From Octopus sinensis (Eukaryota), in NCBI RefSeq assembly GCF_006345805.1, contig NC_042998.1:73408001-73472000 (forward strand): 64,000 nt of DNA. Direction: 5' to 3'. Of this stretch, positions 55,579 through 64,000 are shown piece after piece. Both the position numbers and the translations under genes were made by a program. Each line of letters opens with the position of its first letter. The stretch's first letter is position 1. Below the pieces are notes generated by a model. The model was not told where the DNA came from and ran no database searches. It saw only the letters and a program-made list of their open reading frames with translations.

Positions 55579-57176
55579 AATGGGAATTAGTGGAAGAGCC
55601 TAGACAGAAAGAATCAAATAGACTATTAACTGCATTTTGAGTCTGCCATTCCATAGCTGATCGAGATAAAATATACCAACCACACTGGCAAGAACGAGGG
55701 TGTCTAATTAAAAAAGTGAACACTACAAAGAAGGAAGTAAAGGGAAAATGATTAGTGTAATACGGCAACAGGAAAAAGATAGAAAAAATTCTTTTCTCTA
55801 TAAATAAGGAAATAATAAAGTAGAAACTGGAAATTAAACTATACGGAAGTAACAGATTTAGAAAGGGATAAAGCAGCTGGAATAGAGAAATAAAATACAA
55901 AAATAATAATAAAAATTCTAGGCTATAAAGATAAAACAATGAGATAAAGCATTCCATGACTATGATATCCTGCCAGAGAATATGTAAGCAAAATTGAAAA
56001 ACAACAATGGAGCAAATTCTGAGGTTTAAAATGCAAAATATAAACAAAGATAAACCAAAATTTAGCTTTAAAACTGTACAGATACAGTGCTTAACATACA
56101 TAACTGCAAATTTGAAATAAGTGAAAATTTCCCAGCCATAAATGAAGTTCTATGTAAATGCAACAATGTGACAATTGACTTGATTTCAACCTCTTAGTCC
56201 TTGCCTTGACTAAGTATATTCATAGGCTTCACAAACACGATCGAATTGGCAGCTATATCAACTGGGCTGTAGCTAAATAAATTGTACCAGACCAAACTTA
56301 CAATTTTCTTTCTTTTCAAGAAGATCAAAACAATCAATTCTCATAATGTTAGTAGTGGAACGAAAATGTCTCTGTATTGATACACACCAAACTTCTTTCT
56401 GACCAAAGCATTGCCCAAACGTAAATGTATAAAATGTCAATTTACAGTGGTTTTGAAATTGAAATAGGCACGTTGAGACATGAAAAAGAGAGCATTGCAA
56501 ATATAATAAGAACTTGAGCGAAAGATATGATTACAACAAAACTGCACAAGAATATAATAATAATCACCTTAGGACTTACATTACACGTGTTGCATACCTT
56601 GTTGAAGCTATCTCTAGTAGACAGAGCCCACATCCTAAATGAAACATTCTCAGTTGAATAATCCAGACTTCGCAACAATGCATCTCTTCACAGCTATTAC
56701 ATTATACACTCAGCAGCTAATAAATAGCGCGTCTAATACAAACGCATACACTTCCACTAAATATATAATACACGCATACTCTGTACAGAGAACATTTTAT
56801 AAAATAATATAACATATGATCTCACTCAGATTCTTCACTGGTGCAACCGTTAATGTAAGGCAGTTTAAGTAATATGTACTCTATATAATCACTGAAACTG
56901 GAACATATAAGATCAACCTGCAACATTTCCGAAACTTGTGTATATAACACAACAGCAAAAATACTAAACAACGCCAGAAACAACAAAATAAATCCACAGC
57001 AGCTTAAAACGGATGCAGTATATAGACAGAAATCCACATTTCCAAAAGACAATGCGGCTTAAACCTCAGGGGCACGGAGCTCCAGCTGATGGTGAAGACG
57101 AGACGAGCACAGAACTATTGGAATATCACCACTACTACGGTGACAGAGGGGACGATGGTGCTGATGGGGATGCTGT

Positions 57177-57730
57177 ATTATTCTGACATAGGCAACAAGC
57201 CCGAAATATGAGGGGAAAATTGGTCAACGACATGGATTCCACTACTTTATTGATGGATTTCTGTTTTCCGCCCCGGAGGATGAATGGGAATGTTAATTTC
57301 AGCGGGATTTGAACTCAAAAGGTAAAGAACTGCAAATTGTACTGCATATCTTAATGCATGGTTGTCACAGTCTTTTTGATACAGGAGAACCTCAACTTAC
57401 TCAGGAAAACTTATACACCTAAGTTCACGTTACATTAACCCGTTTCGCCGCAGTTATCCTCCTTTTCACAAATTCACAAGAGGAGACAATTATGTCTCCC
57501 CACTACCTGAGTACAAAAGGAAATAAGTTTCTGATTTTAGGCACAAGGATAGTACTTTTGGAGGCACTAATTTTGTCGATACTGTCGACACCAGTACATT
57601 ACTGTTAATCTATTTTATCGATCCAAAAGGTATGAATCCTTAATGGGATTTGAATTCAGAACGAAAAAGAGTTGGAATTGCAAAAAATGTTTCAGACGCT
57701 CTAACTATTCTGTCAGTTCCCCGAACAGGA
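57177..57730 (-). mobile_element. Two decayed SINE family B copies (about 57177-57340 and 57520-57730)
   Basis: ggatttgaactca/ggatttgaattcaga motifs and ggcacaagg-type tails in reverse orientation. Confidence 0.65.
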
Positions 57731-59659
57731 ACAGCAATAATAATTTCTTATATCGGCACACACATCGAGCATGTCGACTCCAGGCCTGGTGGTTGATCTA
57801 ATTATGAAACTTGGATGTATGTTGATAATAAAATAAGCTCTTCTCTTTTTAGATCTGATACCTTTAAGAGAACTTTGATAGATTATGGACCAATTATAAC
57901 CAATCTCTGAGACTTTAAAATAGTTGCATGGGATAATATCCAGTTGAAAATCCTGAATATTTTTACAAATTCAACCAAGACATAAAAGGAAATATGGGAT
58001 TAGAGAAATCTGTCATTTCAATCTTCTTAGGTTTAATAACTTGTCTCTACTAATGTAGACACAAATTACTTAAACCTGAGAAAATTGCAATAGATAGTCA
58101 TAGAAATCAAACAATCGATTGTTCACATTAATATTTAAGAGTAAATAACTCTTATGCAATATAACACGCAAAAATGAAAAAAAAAATTATAAATGAGTGT
58201 TAAAAAAGCGTTAGACCAAATTTAAAAACTAAAATTATTGCTAGAAATAAGACAGAGTATAAATATACCCAATTATAAATAACAGCTTCGACAATATATA
58301 CTGGAAGTTAAATTAATTGGAGAGCCTAGAAATACTCAGGTAGCAACTTGCGAGCTCCGAAACCAACTCCACCCCCAGCTAGCATGATATATTGTAGATG
58401 TATTACAACTACTCCCCTGTAAATAATTTAACGTTATTATAACAATATTAAAAATTGTTGAATCTCCACGTGATTCTACAGTTGCTGTGCATACACTGTT
58501 GATAGATGCCTGTAGAGATTTTAGTGAATTTAATTGAAGAATATTCCAATCGGTAAATCGGTTTAAGTCAAAGTTTTAATTAAAAACAAAACACGTTCTA
58601 CTGGTTTCTACTGGCAGAACTCTCAGAACGGCGAATACTGTTTATAAAGTTATGGCAGCAGTTGTATTTTTACATAAGAATGGTTCACACTATCTAATCT
58701 GGAGTAGACAGTGTGTGAGCTATGTCATATTGTTAGGAAAACTCTAACATTAGATTATAGACATATATCGATCTCCACTGAAAACTATTCTGGTTAATGC
58801 TTTATATAAGGTGCGATCCTTGTTGCTTAAGTCCACAAATTCAACACCTTATATAAGTCTTTTCATCTTCTTGCAAATTAGTATTAACATGTGATAGAAA
58901 GACATCTTCGGAAAGAAAAAAAATGCGCTTAAATATTGGGGGAGACTTTCATTCATTGTGACAGTGAAATAAAGAGGAGTCGAATAGAATTATTGTCAAA
59001 GACGATTATAAAAGAAACGTTCCCTGGACTGATTGGCATATAAATCTCTGTTGAAAACAATATTTATCTAGAAGAAATGGAGAGAACTTTCGAAATAAAT
59101 GGATGACTCTAAAGATATGCAGCGAATGAGAATACATACGCTACTTGAAAGGAAATCACACTGACATTATTTATAATGTATATCATAAGAAAGACTGCAT
59201 CTCGACGTATCATTTCTAACAGACAGCAACATGTTACTGAAGAAGGGATACAGGCACTATACTCTGACGCACGCGGACACGTGTGTGCGTGTGTGTGTGT
59301 GTGCATGTGTCTGTGTGTGAGTGTATATGTGTGTGTTTGTGTATCTGCATATCGAGAAAGAAAAGTATCCATTGTGTAGGGATAGAAAAAACGGTATTAG
59401 CCATATAAAAGAGTTAACATTAGAATGATGAAAAGCTTAGTACATACAAAATATGAGCAAATCACCAAGGCGAACAGACGGTTTGTATCAGAAAGTAATA
59501 CGACTAGATAATTCTGAAATATAGCGAAAATGACATTCAATAAAACTGTCAAAAACGTGACAAAAAGATAGAACGCAATGTTGTTTATGCTAAAAATATA
59601 GTCAATACTTTCGGTAATAATAACCACTACCATCACCACAACAACAATAAGAATAATAA

Positions 59660-59860
59660 TCTTTTCTACTATATATACAAGGCTTGAAATTTTGAGGAAG
59701 GGGCTGGACTATTAATTAAATCGACCCCAGTGTTCACTGGTATTTAATTTATCGACTCCAAAAGGAAGAAAGGCAGAATTTGAACTCAGAACGTGCAAAC
59801 ACACGAAATGCTGATGAGCATTTTTCCCGGCATGCTAATGACCCTGCCAGCTCACCGCCT
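59660..59860 (-). mobile_element. SINE family B
   Basis: caaggcttgaaattttg...tcgaccccagtg...gaatttgaactcagaacg...gccagctcaccgcc. Confidence 0.85.
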
Positions 59861-59896
59861 CAATAATGATAATAATAATAATAATAATAATAATAA

Positions 59897-59942
<46 letters not shown>

Positions 59943-59978
59943 TAATAATATAATAATAATAATAATATAATAATAATA

Positions 59979-60015
<37 letters not shown>

Positions 60016-60036
60016 TAATATAATAATAATAATAAT

Positions 60037-60546
60037 AATGGATTTTCCAGTCAACACTGACAGAACGATCAAGGCTAATCGACCAGACATAATTGTTAAA
60101 GAAAGGGAGAAAATACCTGCAGACTAATAGAAGTAAGCGTCCCCACTGATAAAAATGTATCTGTCAAGGAATTTGACAAACTTAGTAATATAAGGACCTG
60201 GAAATCGAAATACAGAGGATGTGGAATCTTAAAACAAAAACTGTTCCTGTTATTGTAGGTGCCCTAGGTATGATAAAAAAGGGATGTCAGAAACACCTAG
60301 ACAATATCCCTGGAAAACCATGTCTCAAGGAAATCCAAAAGATTGTGCTAACAAGTACTGCCCACATCCTTAGAAAAACCCTATCAATGTAAATGTTTGT
60401 GTTTGCATTACATGGAGATATATCTCTACTTCCCCTCCCCAAGCTTTCAGCTATATTTCAACAACTCTTAACCTTCACTTGCCCTAGGGCGCTGGGTGTG
60501 CCCCGGCAGGTGATTGCATCAAACATGCAGATTAAAAGTAAATGAC
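60037..60546 (+). mobile_element. 5'-truncated R4/Dong-clade element (RLE domain plus 3' UTR) inserted in (TAA)n
   Basis: WDFPVNTDRTIKANRPDIIV...LIEVSVPTDKNVSVKEFDKL...KDLEIEIQRMW...VPVIVGALG...TAHILRKTLSM stop; (TAA)n on both sides. Confidence 0.92.
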
Positions 60547-60553
60547 AATAATA

Positions 60554-60642
<89 letters not shown>

Positions 60643-60644
<2 letters not shown>

Positions 60645-61107
60645 GGAAATGTTATGTCTTGGTATAAAAGATGAGCTACAGAAAACATTCTCCTCAATAC
60701 CACAGATTTGCTCGTCAGTTGTTTTACCATAACATTTGAGCATGTCTCTTAGTGACTGACGATATGTGCATCTCTGATCACGAGCAGAAGTAGTGTTGAG
60801 AGGAATTCTTTGGGGTTGAATAATTCACCTCTGGAAACATGGATGTTTCGTTCAACATCCTTAAACAAACCTTGTTCAGGGATCTTTTGAGCAGGATGGG
60901 CTACTCAATCTGAAGAAAATCCTAAGTGGGCCCCACCTGCAAGATCATATGCTGTTTATCTTGATTTGAGATCACCATGTCGGGCACATATTGTTGTGAT
61001 GCATGAGCTTGATGTAGTCATATCAGACGAGTAGTCATGATGGGTATACTGGGCTTCGTATAATTTACCCCAGTGTCACTTTGATGGCATGCACTGCTCT
61101 CTCACTC
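60643..61107. mobile_element. Family C element, second copy
   Basis: Aligns end to end with 53125-53603; flanked by (TTA)n and (AAT)n. Confidence 0.85.
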
Positions 61108-61127
61108 AATAATAATAATAATGATAA

Positions 61128-62080
61128 TTTCATTTATTTGCCACAAGGGCGAAGGGTGATGGCGGACAATACAAAGATAGACATAAAGTGGGCGGGGGCT
61201 TACATATAATGAAATGAAATGAAATAAAAAAAAAGTATACGCGGTATACACTAAAAAAGAAGAGACATATGCATAGCGTGGAAAGGTTAAAAAATGTGAC
61301 GGTGTGGATAATAGAAATGTGGCCCTCCTGATACAGGAATTCCTCTAAGGATAATCGAGGAACCCAACTGTCCGAGATTTCCCTGCTCAGGTGCATATAC
61401 GCAATCCAGTTCCTTCTTTCCGACTCACATGTCTACACTTCGAGAGGTATCCTCCACTCTTGCCATTTTCGCGATTTTCTCCCACCTTTCAATAAACGCA
61501 CTCGAGGACAGCACTTCCCTCTCCATTCTCAATTTCCTTTTCAAGTGAAACAGAGAGGAATGTATCTGTCCTTATGCCTTTCAGTCTTGTCCACCAAACA
61601 AGCTTTCTTGCTACAGTCATCAAGCAAAGGAAACTTGCTTGTATGCCCGATTAAATGAGGACAGTGGTGCGATCATCACTACGGACTCGGCCAACAGACG
61701 GATCCGTCCCACACGTGACAGCAGTTGTTCGACATAACCCCGCAAGCAATGCCTGAACAGTGAATGAATGTGTGCAGAGCGGTTTCGCCACTCTACGCGC
61801 ACATCCATGCCTGTAGAGTTTATCTCAAACCGGTAGAGCCCCACCACTAGTAGTAATGCCTGGCCAAGAATGTTTGGAATTTATCCATAATAGTTCCTGA
61901 CCTCCGGAACAGACTACTCAGTTCGTTCTCTTCGGCACCCAGAGTCTCTCCGAGAATGCGTCGCACTTCCCCGCCACTAAAGCTCTATAAATTTCTAAAG
62001 CAGAATATTCACCGATCCCATTGCTTGGCTAATAGAGGGCTGTGAGAGCTTGATGCCATTCTAGATGCCAGGCGCCCAAA
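61128..62080 (-). mobile_element. 5'-truncated L1/Tx1-like LINE (ORF2 C-terminus with CCHC knuckle plus 3' UTR) in (AAT)n
   Basis: Minus-strand peptides GALPV*DKLYRHG, ETALHTFIHC, VARKLVWWTRLKG and SAFIERW; AAT repeats on both flanks. Confidence 0.85.
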
Positions 62081-62097
62081 TAATAATAATAATAATA

Positions 62098-62420
62098 AGA
62101 GTTTTAAATTTTGGCATAAGTCCAGCAAAATTCATCAAGGGGACAAGCAGATTCCACCGGGCCCCCAGTGCTCGATCGCTTTTTATTTTATCAATTCCGA
62201 AAGAATGAAGAAAAAATCGACCTCGGCGAAATTTGGACTCAGAATGTAGACGAATGAAATGCCGCTAAGCATTTTGCCCGGAATGCCATCAATTCTGCCG
62301 CTTCGCCTCCTTTCACTCATTATATATTATCTAATTAACTGTCAGTGAAATTCTGAAAAGACGGAGAAGATATGGCTAAGTATTTTGTCCGGCGTGCTAA
62401 TGATACTGCCACCTTGCTAA
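62098..62420 (-). mobile_element. SINE family B copy plus a partial head
   Basis: atcgacctcggcgaaatttggactcagaa...gccgctaagcattttgcccgg. Confidence 0.8.
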
Positions 62421-63947
62421 TTATAGAAATAATCTCTTTTATAGCCACATTACAGATCACTTGAGATTAGGAAAAGTGAAATAAAAATAGAAATTAAGAA
62501 TGAACGAGCAAAATATTTATAGCGAAATAGCCCCATTGAATTTCAGTTCGCTATCTAAGAATATATACAAAAGAAAATAATATTGATAAATGTCAAGTAT
62601 AAATAGAATGCAACTACAAGCTTCTCAATTATGAAATTAGAATCTACTTTGAAAACAATAGAGGGGGATTTAGCTTGTATTTAAGTAAGAATAAAAGTAA
62701 AAAGCCTAATAATATCTATAAAACTACAATGGAGTTTCATGTAGAATTGTAAAACAGAGAATTGCAAAGAAAAATTCCAATCAGAAATGTACCAATAAAA
62801 ATATCAGCAAAAAAGAAATGTGACTACGAGAATGAGCATACCCTGAAAGGATTTTGTAGAGGACATATTAAGAATTAGCCTTTTAGGTTTTAGAAATTGA
62901 ACAATTAGTAGCAAATCTCTAATATGCTGACAATAGTATTTTGCAATGGTCGAAAACATAGCGGCATTTAGGGATCAAGTCCGCAAGGAGGTACTCCAAA
63001 TAAGGTCGAGATCAGCATGAAAGAGTTCCGACAGAACATAACAAGTTACCTGAAAATAGCATTAACCTGTCTAACCTGATTCCTAATACAGAACCTGTAG
63101 CCAAACTTATAAAACTCAACAGCTCTGCTGCGTAGTTTAATACGCATTAGAAAACCATTACTAGAAGTTAGGTACACCTATTTTTCGAGGTCATCATATG
63201 TGGTAAAGTTATCTAAATCAAATATCCAAATATGTGGTAAAGCTATCTCGCCATACCGATAAATGTAAATTATGAACTGCTCTTATCCGCATCTTAGATT
63301 ATCAAATTAGGCATAACGAATTGCATACTAACCACTCACGTTAATCTCTACTTAATGATTATTCCCGTGTATACTAATAAATTTCTTGAATTACGGATCT
63401 GTTCGCTTATTATACCTTAAATATTCCTTGCTTCTCAAATGAAAACAACGTCGATCTATGTAAAGTTTCCGCTCTTAAAAGAATTCTTAATGGCAAGCAA
63501 TGACTTGAAAAATAACTATTGCAGAATTAATCCAGGCTAAAGTAAACAAACATGTGCTGTAAATACACGCGCACCAACATATATAAATAGTGTTTCGTCT
63601 AACAGCTTATTCAACAAGACTAATCTGAGTGAGTAAGAATAAGTCGTTAGGCAAAATTTGAAGTCCAAAGCAACAATATTTTAATCTACATTTAATATTG
63701 GGTCATTTCATCGCTAAGTGCTTCGCTGTTATTCATGAAGTGGATATAAAATGACCTCGTGTGTGTATGTGAGTGTGTTTGTGTGTGTGTTTGTGTGTGT
63801 GTGTGTGAGTGTTTATTTGCTTGTATGCATGTATATAATTATATGAATGTTTGTATGCATGTGGGTATGTATGTTGTAATGATAAAATAATGAAGTCAAC
63901 ACAAATAGGGGTATTGTGAAATCATTTAATACGTACGCTTCAGATCC

Positions 63948-64000
<53 letters not shown>
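63948..64000. repeat. (TA)n followed by (GA)n microsatellite
   Basis: Read directly from the sequence. Confidence 0.95.

Noticed and set aside
56822-57180. Hydrophobic minus-strand ORF and acidic plus-strand short ORF
   Set aside because: In-frame stop upstream, weak splice signals and no recognisable family; cannot be supported without expression data.

Overview
Eukaryotic, AT-rich, microsatellite-dense genomic DNA with no intact protein-coding gene visible. The repeat families (tRNA-derived SINEs with CORE-like and Deu/Nin-like domains, Penelope, R4/Dong, Tx1, mariner) look like those of an octopus-type cephalopod genome; this species call is an inference. Most of the supplied ORFs are translations of microsatellites. 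Recognisable coding remnants belong to transposable elements: two Penelope-like elements (RT plus GIY-YIG), two mariner fragments, one maT (DD37D) fragment, R4/Dong, L1/Tx1, CR1/L2-like and RTE-like LINE fragments. The most notable signals are: (1) five type I hammerhead ribozyme motifs. One is fully canonical and one has a canonical core; both have a long stem II and sit in ORF-less units. Two lie downstream of Penelope ORFs. The four minus-strand units end at AT microsatellites. (2) Two (AAT)n loci each host the same three retroelement families, in different order. (3) A SINE subfamily shares its 3' tail with the Tx1-like LINE. (4) Several inverted-repeat or foldback structures, including a perfect 161-bp inverted duplication. 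Two or three candidate exons of an unidentified minus-strand host gene are reported at modest confidence. All alignments and folds were done by eye.
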